A stretch of DNA of 64,000 nucleotides from a phage: assembly GCA_008273105.1 (NCBI GenBank), contig GCA_008273105.1_4080.1; one strand, written 5' to 3'. How positions within the stretch are numbered: position 1 is the first letter of the stretch; each line of letters opens with the position of its first letter. The notes beneath the pieces were generated by a model. That model was not told where the DNA came from. It was given only the letters and a program-made list of their open reading frames with translations, and did no database searches. Below are positions 36,169-45,985 of this stretch, piece by piece. The translations under genes and the position numbers were made by a program.

Positions 36169-36474
36169 TCATGATATTCGCATTTCATCTATATATAATG
36201 AACATGATTCAGAATTATCGTCTAAACTTAAACCTAAATCGACCATTAAACCACAATGCGTTCCCCAGAATTTTTTTATGTATAGTTTTTTGCTACTATT
36301 ACCTAAATCATAAACATATTCATTTTTAAACATACTTTTTAATTCTTCACATATACATTTTACTATCTTCATTAATTGATTATGATATTCGTATGGTATC
36401 CCATCAAGTTCGTTAATTATTAATGCAAAACCATTATCATAGTACTTTAGCTTATTGAATGTTTGTATATCCAT
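36169..36474 (-). CDS. hypothetical protein (101 aa)
   Basis: Track ORF. Confidence 0.45.
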   Translation of the reverse strand: MDIQTFNKLKYYDNGFALIINELDGIPYEYHNQLMKIVKCICEELKSMFKNEYVYDLGNSSKKLYIKKFWGTHCGLMVDLGLSLDDNSESCSLYIDEMRIS

Positions 36475-36771
36475 TTAATATATAATCTCACTAGCTTCTA
36501 TTGTGTAGACACCATCATCAGTCATTAATCTTACTGCAACTTTAATATTACTAGACATTCGTGTAACTATCAATCCAATAATTATACCATTCTTTAAAGT
36601 ACCATTATGGTATCTAACTTTTACTTCAGTTTTATTATCAATTAAGTATCTTCTAATTATGTGTATTTCATTTCTGAATAATTCTAAAAAAGCTTCACTA
36701 TTTTCTTTATCTGACCCGTCTGAACACCAGTACAATAAATTTACTTGTTCAAATAATTTTTTTATATTCAT
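36475..36771 (-). CDS. hypothetical protein (98 aa)
   Basis: Track ORF. Confidence 0.45.
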   Translation of the reverse strand: MNIKKLFEQVNLLYWCSDGSDKENSEAFLELFRNEIHIIRRYLIDNKTEVKVRYHNGTLKNGIIIGLIVTRMSSNIKVAVRLMTDDGVYTIEASEIIY

Positions 36772-37127
36772 AAAAATCTCACAGATTTAATATTACTGGT
36801 TACATGATTTACCCAAGTGTTATCGAACTTGTAAACAATTGTATTAAGTGATTTATGAAAATTAACCTCGCACACTAATGCCTTGGAACCATTGATTGTA
36901 CAGACCGTGGATGGTAAGTTGTTTGCTAATATCTCTTTTTCATCTAAACAAAGTGAACTAATACAATCATAATAGAGAGGTTCAAGAACTTTTTCAGTAC
37001 TGAGAAATTCAAAAGAAAGATCATCTATTAGTTTTATGTAATCGAATAAATTATGATAATATTCATTCATTGTAGATCCTTTTAAATTTAGCATTATTAG
37101 AATATGTATATGAATGACCAAAATCAT
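36768..37127 (-). CDS. hypothetical protein (119 aa)
   Basis: Track ORF. Confidence 0.45.
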   Translation of the reverse strand: MILVIHIHILIMLNLKGSTMNEYYHNLFDYIKLIDDLSFEFLSTEKVLEPLYYDCISSLCLDEKEILANNLPSTVCTINGSKALVCEVNFHKSLNTIVYKFDNTWVNHVTSNIKSVRFL

Positions 37128-37314
37128 TTACACCATGTACATTTAGTACACCGTCACTGAAATAAATTCGATCAATAGTGAGTTCACGTTTATAATCCCA
37201 ATCATCATACCAGCACAGAACACGAATGCCTTTGTACTTTGTAGTTAAATCATTTTCTAATATAGTCAAGTAATCAATATGACTTTTGAATATCTCTAAG
37301 TCCTGCTCAAACAT
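37063..37314 (-). CDS. hypothetical small protein (83 aa)
   Basis: Track ORF; loosely resembles the 34368 and 37314 ORFs (D/E-L...KY-x-G pattern). Confidence 0.45.
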   Translation of the reverse strand: MFEQDLEIFKSHIDYLTILENDLTTKYKGIRVLCWYDDWDYKRELTIDRIYFSDGVLNVHGVNDFGHSYTYSNNAKFKRIYNE

Positions 37315-37574
37315 TATTGTTCCTCGTATAATTCTATATCATCAACTCCAACTTGGCGAATTGCAGTACTTCTGATGAATGTATTTTTTTCAAACAAACA
37401 TACTGTTAAACGTATTTCACACTTCAATGCACTGTAATAAATCATATCAATAACACCATATGTTTCATACATTTCTACGTATACATTTCGACCTAAGTAC
37501 TTTTCTTCTAAATCAGTAATTAGACTATTGATAAGATTACCTATCTGTGTTATATCTGTGTGAAATTTATCCAT
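37314..37574 (-). CDS. hypothetical small protein (86 aa)
   Basis: Track ORF. Confidence 0.45.
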   Translation of the reverse strand: MDKFHTDITQIGNLINSLITDLEEKYLGRNVYVEMYETYGVIDMIYYSALKCEIRLTVCLFEKNTFIRSTAIRQVGVDDIELYEEQ

Positions 37575-37750
37575 TATAATAAACCTCTCACATAAAACAT
37601 TGATGAAAATAGATAATCATCAGTACTTGTGTTTAGATGTTTAGAAAAGCTATATTTTTTATGTTTTTTTTCGTATAAAGACAATCTATAGAACATTTCT
37701 ATATTTTCTAAGTATTCTTTTTGTAATAACATCTGTGTTTTTACATTCAT
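37574..37750 (-). CDS. hypothetical small protein (about 58 aa from internal start)
   Basis: Track ORF 37574..37819 overlaps the pnk 3' end; internal ATG with AAGGA RBS at about 37750 is more plausible. Confidence 0.35.
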   Translation of the reverse strand: MNVKTQMLLQKEYLENIEMFYRLSLYEKKHKKYSFSKHLNTSTDDYLFSSMFYVRGLL

Positions 37751-37799
37751 TATAATATTCCTTAAAAGAAAAAGGGACCAACATATGATCCCTTTTGTA

Positions 37800-38732
37800 T
37801 TAGAAATTTCCTTCTGCAACTTGAAAAACTTTCAAGCCAAGTAGCTTACGCCACATGAATACGACTTGTGTTCGGTCATCATATACCTTTTTAACATCGT
37901 AATGATCAACCACATTTTTCATGTACAGGTCGAATTTTACAACATCATCAGGACGTTTATCATCGATATCTCGCATAAACAATGCATCGTAAGGAACACC
38001 CCAATTCTTAAGCCACTGTTCGGTATCCGCACGACACCCTTCAGTACGCCCACTCATGACGATAATCTTGCGTTTATGAAAAACTGCTTCAGCGATAATA
38101 GACAAAATAACTTCTTCATCAGGTGTATCCTGAAGAACAGTACTTTCATCGTAAGGATTACGACCCCATTTATGAGCAAGAGTTCCATCGATATCAACGA
38201 TGATAGCAGCTTCGCGTGAATTACCATAGTAACCAATGTGCATGGCCTTACTATAATAGTACGTATCTGCCATAGTGTCAATGATATTATCTTGTACTGA
38301 ACGCTCACGCATGAGGTTACGTTTCTTACAAAGTTTTACGAACTCTTTAATCTTAAAGAAAACATGAACATCTGCACCACGATCTTCATTCGGTACAAAA
38401 TCTTCGTAGAAGTTCTTTTCTTTGTAGTCGTATTCATTATCTTTAGCCCAACGTTTCCATTCATCACGGAAATGTTGTTTAAGGTTCGTATCGGACACAA
38501 TGATGTTCCAACCATTCTCTGCTGCTGAATTTGCTGCACTGAACTGCATTTTAGTTACGTACTGCTCATTAGCGTCGTTGAATTTGTATGCATCATGTGA
38601 CCCTGCCATTGATTCTCGAATGTCATCACGGTTAATGTTGATAGTCTTCGATTTGGCATTTTTAATTTCTTGAACTGCCCATGTGGTTTTACCACAACCA
38701 GGCAACCCAACTGTTAGTGTAATAGTTGGCAT
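37800..38732 (-). CDS. pseT: polynucleotide 5'-kinase/3'-phosphatase (T4 PseT-like)
   Basis: Walker A LTVGLPGCGKTTWA, NINRDD block and HAD-type phosphatase motif IVDIDGTLA, matching T4 Pnk organisation; 310 aa. Confidence 0.85.
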   Translation of the reverse strand: MPTITLTVGLPGCGKTTWAVQEIKNAKSKTININRDDIRESMAGSHDAYKFNDANEQYVTKMQFSAANSAAENGWNIIVSDTNLKQHFRDEWKRWAKDNEYDYKEKNFYEDFVPNEDRGADVHVFFKIKEFVKLCKKRNLMRERSVQDNIIDTMADTYYYSKAMHIGYYGNSREAAIIVDIDGTLAHKWGRNPYDESTVLQDTPDEEVILSIIAEAVFHKRKIIVMSGRTEGCRADTEQWLKNWGVPYDALFMRDIDDKRPDDVVKFDLYMKNVVDHYDVKKVYDDRTQVVFMWRKLLGLKVFQVAEGNF

Positions 38733-38744
38733 TATTACTCCTTG

Positions 38745-39059
38745 TTACTCAATGAATTCTACATCTTCGAGTTTGTGCCATCCTCTTGAAAGGTTTCTTG
38801 TTCCGTTATTGTATTCAGTGTATACAAAGCATTCACCATTTACTAAATTACCAATAGCAGTACGCGATACTTTAACATCAAGAATTATAGTACTGAACCA
38901 TTCTCTGATTGTATGATCCCAGCATTTAACTTTACATCCAATCAATGTTTTCTTAAAATCGAAAACGTAATCTTCGACCATTGATTCGACAGATTCTATT
39001 AGTTCCTTTTCAATGTACTTTAACTTTTCGATCCTCTCAAATGCAAGTTCTTTATTCAT
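38745..39059 (-). CDS. hypothetical protein (104 aa)
   Basis: Track ORF. Confidence 0.45.
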   Translation of the reverse strand: MNKELAFERIEKLKYIEKELIESVESMVEDYVFDFKKTLIGCKVKCWDHTIREWFSTIILDVKVSRTAIGNLVNGECFVYTEYNNGTRNLSRGWHKLEDVEFIE

Positions 39060-39065
39060 ATGTCC

Positions 39066-39320
39066 TCAATTATCTAGAACATCCACTATCAAACAAGCTT
39101 CAATAACGAAACAATCATCTAATTCAAAGAGTAATTGATAGTCATCAGAAAACTTCACTTTAGTAATGTAAGCACTTTCAATTCCACCACTATGATAAGA
39201 ACTATATAAAATACATTTACCTGTATATTCCTTACGGATACGACTAAATTCTTCATATAAATGAGTAATAAACGTATCCGCAGTTTTGTTGTAGTATTTT
39301 AGGTCACTTACTGTGCTCAT
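39066..39320 (-). CDS. hypothetical protein (84 aa)
   Basis: Track ORF. Confidence 0.45.
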   Translation of the reverse strand: MSTVSDLKYYNKTADTFITHLYEEFSRIRKEYTGKCILYSSYHSGGIESAYITKVKFSDDYQLLFELDDCFVIEACLIVDVLDN

Positions 39321-39534
39321 TAACTTTTCCTACTCCAAATCGTTTGGAGATTTTCACAAGTACAGATTCATCACAACGAATACTAGCTGTATCATTGGAT
39401 GAACTGTACTTTAATGGGGTCCACTGTAATTGAGATTCTTCTAGGAACTTGATACATCTGAAGTAATCTTTCAGAGAAAGAAATTTAACTACTGACATAT
39501 CCTGAACAATACTATGCTGAACTTCAACTTTCAT
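39304..39534 (-). CDS. hypothetical protein (76 aa)
   Basis: Track ORF. Confidence 0.4.
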   Translation of the reverse strand: MKVEVQHSIVQDMSVVKFLSLKDYFRCIKFLEESQLQWTPLKYSSSNDTASIRCDESVLVKISKRFGVGKVNEHSK

Positions 39535-39543
39535 ATGAACTCC

Positions 39544-39801
39544 TTATAGTGGATCAAATTTATTTTCACGTTTCGATGTATAGCGAGTTACATCATGTAT
39601 TCTCGGCTTAACACCTTTTGGTTTCCTTTTCTTCTTGTATTCAGTACTACTACATCCGAAGGTATTCTCGATTCGTTTCTTACTTATCTTCACACCTTTC
39701 ATTGAGCGTTTGTGCTGTAATTCATCGATTTCTTCTTGTATTTTCCTGAACTCAGTCGGAGAAAGGGAACCGTCATTTTTATACTTAGGTTTAGCCATCA
39801 C
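39544..39801 (-). CDS. small basic protein (85 aa)
   Basis: K/R-rich (KKRKPKGVKPR). Confidence 0.45.
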   Translation of the reverse strand: MMAKPKYKNDGSLSPTEFRKIQEEIDELQHKRSMKGVKISKKRIENTFGCSSTEYKKKRKPKGVKPRIHDVTRYTSKRENKFDPL

Positions 39802-39828
39802 TTCTCCTTGTGCTTAGGCTAGATAGTA

Positions 39829-40971
39829 CTAAAAATCCTTTAGTACAATTTTCATGTATTTTATAAGAGTCTCTTTGTAATCAACTTTCTTATTGTTATA
39901 CATTGCAAAGGCCAAGCCCTGACGATTCAGTTCATTAGTTAAACACTCCTGAACCTTCATTGCGAATTCCTTTCGCTCCAAGTGCTTGTGTTCCTTGACG
40001 AAGCTTTCTACTTCATCTTGTAATGCATTATAGCACGAAAATACCAATTGTTCCATTCTTAATATCTTTTGCATAGCATATTCATCAGTACTGAACAATT
40101 GTTTTAAATCATCACTTGAACCATTTAATACGGCTTCATATAAATGAGAATCAATAATAATACTATCTTTTGTAAGATGTAATGAACTGTACCAGTCAGT
40201 CTTTATTTTACACATTGTCCCATTATTTAGGATGCACACAAAACCCTCAATATCAAGCATTTTATGAACTTCCTCCACGCTTTCACGGAAGGTATTTCGT
40301 ACCGGAAAAGTGTGATGAATATCTTTTCCGGTCATATTAGTACTGTACTGTGCAAGACATGGAAACTTATCACGTAGTGCTTTACCACATAGCAACTCAC
40401 CACTCACACGATGTCGAACGTTCAGTACAAACAGTTGTTCTACCTGATATGGTAATACAATTCGGTACTCTGGGCTTGTATACTCCATATTAACTGTGTA
40501 ACCTAAACGTTCCGCTTCGTCGATGTACTGATACAAATTCTGGTTCTCGTTAATAAGTCGAGTACTGTTAATCGCATGGTCAGAATACAATGCAGTATGT
40601 GATTTACAACGAATCTCACCATCATTATCACGATAAGTACTGATAATCGAACCATCCAACTTAGGCATCACGACCGCAATGTCATCGCATGTGGTGTTAG
40701 CAGGGAACATTGTAGCAGGATTCTCGTAAGCATTGAAGAACTTTTTCATTGTACGTGCTGCACAACGTATCATGTCACCTTCTTCATCAATTTCCCACAT
40801 AGAGCCACGGGTTTCCAACGCATTTGGTTGCATGAAATCAGTGTATGATGCTAGGCGATAACTGAATACACGATACGTGCCACCAGCAGGACTTTTATGA
40901 TCCACATAAAAGAATGCATCGTTTGTATTACATAAGTGCATTAAATCTTCATATATTTGTAAAAGGGTCAT
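39829..40971 (-). CDS. rnlA: RNA ligase 1 (T4 gp63/Rnl1-like)
   Basis: GGTYRVFSYRLASYTDFMQPNALETRG and MPKLDGSIISTY (KxDG motif I) closely parallel T4 Rnl1; 380 aa. Confidence 0.85.
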   Translation of the reverse strand: MTLLQIYEDLMHLCNTNDAFFYVDHKSPAGGTYRVFSYRLASYTDFMQPNALETRGSMWEIDEEGDMIRCAARTMKKFFNAYENPATMFPANTTCDDIAVVMPKLDGSIISTYRDNDGEIRCKSHTALYSDHAINSTRLINENQNLYQYIDEAERLGYTVNMEYTSPEYRIVLPYQVEQLFVLNVRHRVSGELLCGKALRDKFPCLAQYSTNMTGKDIHHTFPVRNTFRESVEEVHKMLDIEGFVCILNNGTMCKIKTDWYSSLHLTKDSIIIDSHLYEAVLNGSSDDLKQLFSTDEYAMQKILRMEQLVFSCYNALQDEVESFVKEHKHLERKEFAMKVQECLTNELNRQGLAFAMYNNKKVDYKETLIKYMKIVLKDF

Positions 40972-41276
40972 TTTATTACCTCTATATCTACATCAGTTCC
41001 ATAATATGATATTAATCCATCATCCGATTCACACTGAATAGACAACTCAGATTCATAGTATGTTACTTTATTCACTGTTAGTACTTGTTCTTCAATTACT
41101 CCAGAAAAATAATTCATCTCACGTACACGAACTTTAGTTCCTTTAGGTAGTTCATCTGATATTTTTCGAACAAGTTCAAAAGCAGCCTGTTCAAGTGTGT
41201 ATAGTAATTGTAATCTATCTTGGATATTCATATTATTTCCACCAACTGGTATCACGACCATTAGAAAAAGATTCAT
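40968..41276 (-). CDS. hypothetical protein (102 aa)
   Basis: Track ORF. Confidence 0.45.
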   Translation of the reverse strand: MNLFLMVVIPVGGNNMNIQDRLQLLYTLEQAAFELVRKISDELPKGTKVRVREMNYFSGVIEEQVLTVNKVTYYESELSIQCESDDGLISYYGTDVDIEVIK

Positions 41277-41922
41277 TGTACTGATGCCTAAAATTAGTTT
41301 TTGGATTATTGTTCATAGTACTAATGAAATTAAATTTAACATTTTCTTGGATATATCTAATAACACTATCTTTAAATTTAATAGTACTGAAATCTAAATC
41401 CAAATGTTCATACAATACAGGATGGCAAAACTCATGTGTACGCAATGATGGCATGGTATCCTTAATGTATTGTATAGTATTAATCATTGCATTGTACTCA
41501 GGCATAGCACGCATCATCATTAGCTGAAAGTGTTCTTCCTCTGACATTGACTCATCCAAATCAATAACGACTTCATCATTTTTAGAGTCATAAACTTTAA
41601 TGGTACTCTTGGTTGGATCAAGCATAGCCCACTCTGGATACAGGCATGTTTTCCAAAAAGGATTATTGCACTGAAACATACTAATGAGATTTTGTTCTTT
41701 ATCAAAAATAGCAAATCCAAGATCCGAACTTGGTTGTACTTCACATACACAAATATCGTAAGACGAGTCTTCAGTACTGAGTGAACCAACTACATTTGAT
41801 ATATGTGAATATGGAGTTTCTCTTGACTCCAACTGAAATGTACTTTCAATTCGATTGATTTGTGGATGTAATGTAATTACACCCCTTAGTACATATAAAA
41901 TTCTATCTAAATCTTTAATCAA
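41233..41922 (-). CDS. hypothetical protein, FQ-motif family member (229 aa)
   Basis: Contains EEEHFQLMMM in the family-typical position. Confidence 0.5.
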   Translation of the reverse strand: MIKDLDRILYVLRGVITLHPQINRIESTFQLESRETPYSHISNVVGSLSTEDSSYDICVCEVQPSSDLGFAIFDKEQNLISMFQCNNPFWKTCLYPEWAMLDPTKSTIKVYDSKNDEVVIDLDESMSEEEHFQLMMMRAMPEYNAMINTIQYIKDTMPSLRTHEFCHPVLYEHLDLDFSTIKFKDSVIRYIQENVKFNFISTMNNNPKTNFRHQYNESFSNGRDTSWWK

Positions 41923-42497
41923 AATTCTATCCCCGTATCGGTTAATTTCGTTCCGTCCATGTACTTGACGGTTATTTCAAGGCGACTCTCAGTACTCAAT
42001 TTTTGAAGATCATTGTAGTACAATTTAAATTCTTCAAAGAACTCAAGTGGTGGAATATCGTATAAAGTACTAATCTGGAAGTGCTCAGGTAATCCAAATT
42101 CCAATATATCAATCTTAGGCATAAGACCATCGGCTGCTGCACCTTCTGGAGTACTGCTGTCTGCTACATAAAACATAGAATTACCATGACGCTGGATAAC
42201 GAATATGCAATCATCTTCACTTACATAAATCATATTTCCAAGGTATGGATCGTTATCACACCAATTATCATGGACGAGTTGTTCAACTTGAAGTAAATCT
42301 TTTATAATTCCCTGACCACTATCGTCAACTAGAATATGTAAACCAGAACAATCTTTGCTCAACCAGCGGTATCTTGCATCACATCCTGATTCCATAAATG
42401 GATATTTTGAAAAATCCATATCAGTACCATTATAAAACCAATCGTACCACTCGTTACGCATAGTAATCAGCTTAGTACTTAATTCTAATACATTCAT
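41919..42497 (-). CDS. hypothetical protein, FQ-motif family member (192 aa)
   Basis: Contains PEHFQISTLYDIPPLEFF. Confidence 0.5.
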   Translation of the reverse strand: MNVLELSTKLITMRNEWYDWFYNGTDMDFSKYPFMESGCDARYRWLSKDCSGLHILVDDSGQGIIKDLLQVEQLVHDNWCDNDPYLGNMIYVSEDDCIFVIQRHGNSMFYVADSSTPEGAAADGLMPKIDILEFGLPEHFQISTLYDIPPLEFFEEFKLYYNDLQKLSTESRLEITVKYMDGTKLTDTGIEF

Positions 42498-42504
42498 TTT
42501 AGTT

Positions 42505-42807
42505 TTATCCTCTTAATTTAATAGTACTGGCTGGATATTCTACAAAAGTATTATCTGGTAATCCTATACAGTAATAAGGTAAATACCCCATCTTTATATT
42601 AATACCAATTAAAATTCCTGTTTTATATGAAGTATTAATTCCATAGTAATCGTCTATATCAACAGCAAGTCCATATAATGATATGTTACAATCCTTGATG
42701 TATCGGTCAAACATTTTATACATTGATGGATATAAAGTTCCATTGGATTGTCTCACCAAATCAGCCAACATTTTGATAGTACTGTTAATTAAATCTATAC
42801 TGAACAT
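42505..42807 (-). CDS. hypothetical protein (100 aa)
   Basis: Track ORF. Confidence 0.45.
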   Translation of the reverse strand: MFSIDLINSTIKMLADLVRQSNGTLYPSMYKMFDRYIKDCNISLYGLAVDIDDYYGINTSYKTGILIGINIKMGYLPYYCIGLPDNTFVEYPASTIKLRG

Positions 42808-42851
42808 CTTTGTACCTGCGAAAAAAGACCAGCAAACGCTGGCCTAAGAAT

Positions 42852-43133
42852 TTAAATTATTTCATAAAGACAATATACACCATCAACGCCAGCATCAGGA
42901 AAATCAACATAGAAATTGACACTAACAGTGTCGTAATCTATATCAGTGATTCGTCCGGTTTTACCTACACTTTTTACAAATATATCAGACCCAAGATACA
43001 CAAACTCGAACTCGTCAGCATACTCTTTTATGATATCTGCGAACCAACAACCACACCTAGGTTCTGTGTTAATAATTTCAAGATATAATGTAATATATTG
43101 TTCGTATGTCCATGTGTGTAGATAAAAATCCAT
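42852..43133 (-). CDS. hypothetical protein (93 aa)
   Basis: Track ORF. Confidence 0.45.
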   Translation of the reverse strand: MDFYLHTWTYEQYITLYLEIINTEPRCGCWFADIIKEYADEFEFVYLGSDIFVKSVGKTGRITDIDYDTVSVNFYVDFPDAGVDGVYCLYEII

Positions 43134-43143
43134 AGAAGTTTCC

Positions 43144-43881
43144 TTAGAAATATATCATACCCATCAATTCAGAATCGGCGGGGCGAGTATAACCTTGCTT
43201 CTTAACTTTAAAATAGAATGATTCATGCTCTTCTAAATTATAACGTTTTTTCAAGCAACGAGTGTATGTCTGACAATTTGGGTGAACCCATTCATAAATG
43301 TGAATGCCATTTTCGTCATAACCATTTATACTACAACGATTTCCTTCATGCTTCATGAAGTTTTTACTTTTTTCAGTAAATTCTTTCACTGTAGTTGTAT
43401 ATGGAGATTTGTATTCAAAAGGAACTTCAGTCATACGAAAATAATAGTATTCTTCGTCTTCATCATATCCCAAGAGCACTGTGTTAGTTTCACGTACATT
43501 GTAATGATTCTTACTTTTTAATTCATTTTCGTATATATCTTTCAGTACTTCTGCAAAAACTTCCTCGCTTGATGCATTAGGATTAGATACACCTGATACT
43601 CGGCGTTCAATAATAAAATCAGTGAATTTGCGGTCTTCGGCAATATCTTCGTTCATATAAAGACTAACAAACTTATCCTTATATGTCTTTACACTATATT
43701 GCTTACTTTGTACTTCACTATAAACATCTGCTAACATATTCTCCTGACCACACTGCACACCACTTACAGAATAAGCACATGCATGTTCAGCCATTACTGA
43801 TGTTAACATTTGGAAATTTGCCATGTTTAATTCATTCGCCATCTCTGTAGCGAAACGGATACGGTCAAGCATTTCACACAC
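43144..43881 (-). CDS. hypothetical protein (245 aa)
   Basis: Track ORF; no motif recognised. Confidence 0.5.
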   Translation of the reverse strand: MCEMLDRIRFATEMANELNMANFQMLTSVMAEHACAYSVSGVQCGQENMLADVYSEVQSKQYSVKTYKDKFVSLYMNEDIAEDRKFTDFIIERRVSGVSNPNASSEEVFAEVLKDIYENELKSKNHYNVRETNTVLLGYDEDEEYYYFRMTEVPFEYKSPYTTTVKEFTEKSKNFMKHEGNRCSINGYDENGIHIYEWVHPNCQTYTRCLKKRYNLEEHESFYFKVKKQGYTRPADSELMGMIYF

Positions 43882-43930
43882 TCCTTGTGTTAATTATTGT
43901 TCCTTACCCATTATTATATCATGAATTAAA

Positions 43931-44227
43931 CTATTGTCCCTGTTTATAGCAATAAAGATTCTCTAATTTAAAATCTACTAGATCACATTCAGAACGTACT
44001 CGATTCTTGTTCCAGAATAAAATACGAATCCTTTCATAATCACGATAAACACTAATAATGCTTCTGTGCTTGGATTTGTAGTACTCCTGTACTATCCCCA
44101 GATACACAGTCCTCAATAAAGACTTAGTTGGATAGGGCATATTCTGTGCTGACGTGATATTGTAAATCATCTTCATTGTTTCAGCAATAAGTACTTCATT
44201 TGTTCTCATTGTAATCCTTACATACAC
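43931..44227 (-). CDS. hypothetical protein (98 aa)
   Basis: Track ORF. Confidence 0.45.
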   Translation of the reverse strand: MYVRITMRTNEVLIAETMKMIYNITSAQNMPYPTKSLLRTVYLGIVQEYYKSKHRSIISVYRDYERIRILFWNKNRVRSECDLVDFKLENLYCYKQGQ

Positions 44228-44368
44228 TATGCAAAGTAAACCCTAAACCAACACCGACAAATGGAAATAGTAAATTGATATACCAAGTATTAATTGATGA
44301 AAGGAAACAAATCCCACATACTGTCAGTACTGCCAATGAAAAAAGACTCCAGATAAAAAATACTGTTC

Positions 44369-44659
44369 TCATAAAAATATTACCTCATCAAATGAAAAGT
44401 TTAAGTACGTTGTTGAATCTTGGTCTAAACTATGAATAGTAATATGACCATTGAAATAAAAAGAAACATCAACTATTTGAAGTTTTGGGTATTTTCTAGT
44501 ACTGAAATATCTACCCACTAACACAGCATATATATAATCCCTGTACTCTTGAGTAATGAATTCATACATATTATGATTTGCACTGCACTTTTCATCATAA
44601 GTATTAGTATATTCTTTCATCAGTAGAGTATATGTTTTTTGTATTAATATGATATTCAT
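44369..44659 (-). CDS. hypothetical protein (96 aa)
   Basis: Track ORF. Confidence 0.45.
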   Translation of the reverse strand: MNIILIQKTYTLLMKEYTNTYDEKCSANHNMYEFITQEYRDYIYAVLVGRYFSTRKYPKLQIVDVSFYFNGHITIHSLDQDSTTYLNFSFDEVIFL

Positions 44660-44919
44660 AAATCACCTAATACCTCAAAAATTACTGATATTGGGTATAA
44701 TGGGTTACCAGTTGAAGTAATACATACAATTAGTACGTTTTTTCCTGGTCCCACATCCGTTATAGTGAAATTAATATTATTAATATTCAGTGATTTACCA
44801 ATATAATGCTCTTTCAATAATTCAACAAAATAATCCAGTACTGGATTATCTGCACTATATGATAACTCAGTACTTGATATCATTTTATATGTATGAACTA
44901 TTAGTTCAGCTTTAGTCAT
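44656..44919 (-). CDS. hypothetical protein (about 87 aa from internal start)
   Basis: Track ORF 44656..45042; internal ATG at about 44919 overlaps the stop of the Zn-ribbon ORF (ATGACTAA). Confidence 0.4.
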   Translation of the reverse strand: MTKAELIVHTYKMISSTELSYSADNPVLDYFVELLKEHYIGKSLNINNINFTITDVGPGKNVLIVCITSTGNPLYPISVIFEVLGDL

Positions 44920-45112
44920 GGACACGCTCACAATTAAGGCAATAAATGCACTCAATGTCAGGTCGCCATGATTTATCAAAATCTTTATGTTGTTCTTCGG
45001 TGTATTCCGCATCATCATTAATAGGGAAGAAATCACCAGCACCAGTCGCCCAGTCTGAATCTAAACGGAAACGAGCTAATTGAGTACTGTTACAATATGG
45101 ACATTTATTCAA
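44912..45112 (-). CDS. zinc-ribbon protein (66 aa)
   Basis: CPYCNS ... CIYCLNC paired CxxC motifs. Confidence 0.5.
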   Translation of the reverse strand: MNKCPYCNSTQLARFRLDSDWATGAGDFFPINDDAEYTEEQHKDFDKSWRPDIECIYCLNCERVHD

Positions 45113-45389
45113 AATTTATTCCTTCTAACTGATATACGTTTAATGAAAATGACCCACTATTATTATCGCATCTGAAACACAGTGTTAAAGAACCATTAAA
45201 ACTAACTACATCCGTACAGATACATTTTTCACCATTGGATATGATAGATTTTCCTATATATAAATCTCTTACTATAGTACGGTAATGTTGCCATAAAAAA
45301 TAATACACACTTTCATAGTACTCATCTTTTACATATGATAAGTATAAGAATTTATAAAATACTTGTATTTCCTTTAAGTTGTTTTTCAT
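45105..45389 (-). CDS. small protein, paralog family B (94 aa)
   Basis: N-terminal EIQVFYKFLYLSY shared with neighbouring ORFs. Confidence 0.5.
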   Translation of the reverse strand: MKNNLKEIQVFYKFLYLSYVKDEYYESVYYFLWQHYRTIVRDLYIGKSIISNGEKCICTDVVSFNGSLTLCFRCDNNSGSFSLNVYQLEGINFE

Positions 45390-45663
45390 TCTCCAACTCC
45401 AGTAAATTTACACCAATCCAATCAACATCACTATCAGTACTTAATTCCAATCGTAGCTTACCGCTATGACTAACAATATCGCGAAATTTGTATATTTTAT
45501 TATCACGAACTATACACAAATCATGGTAATATTCATGTAATTCATCCAAAAACTTTATCCATACCGAACGATATATTTCACTGTAGAGATATTCTCCAGC
45601 ATCAACCGTAGCGTATTGGATATACAAAAATTTGTATGTGAATTGTATATCATTTAATAACAT
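45352..45663 (-). CDS. small protein, paralog family B (103 aa)
   Basis: N-terminal LNDIQFTYKFLYIQY. Confidence 0.5.
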   Translation of the reverse strand: MLLNDIQFTYKFLYIQYATVDAGEYLYSEIYRSVWIKFLDELHEYYHDLCIVRDNKIYKFRDIVSHSGKLRLELSTDSDVDWIGVNLLELENEKQLKGNTSIL

Positions 45664-45673
45664 ATGTAACCTC

Positions 45674-45985
45674 TTATAAATTCACCAACTTCACAACTTT
45701 AATCTCGATAAATCCCCTATCGGTTATTTCCTGAAATTGAACATGGATTATACCATTATATGATTGCACACCATAGAAATCGAATTTATCATTTCCATCG
45801 ATAAAAGTACTGTAATTCTTTTTTATATATTCACCTACTGAATCTAAGTACTCAATATATAAATCAATAAATGGTTGTTCTTTGGATCGGTTATGTGAAC
45901 CTATGTTGTTACTAACAAGGTATACATCATACAAATCATATAGGATCTTATAAGTGAATTGTATATCATTTAAATTTAATCCCAA
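45674..45985 (-). CDS. small protein, paralog family B (103 aa)
   Basis: N-terminal LNDIQFTYKILYDLY. Confidence 0.5.
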   Translation of the reverse strand: MGLNLNDIQFTYKILYDLYDVYLVSNNIGSHNRSKEQPFIDLYIEYLDSVGEYIKKNYSTFIDGNDKFDFYGVQSYNGIIHVQFQEITDRGFIEIKVVKLVNL

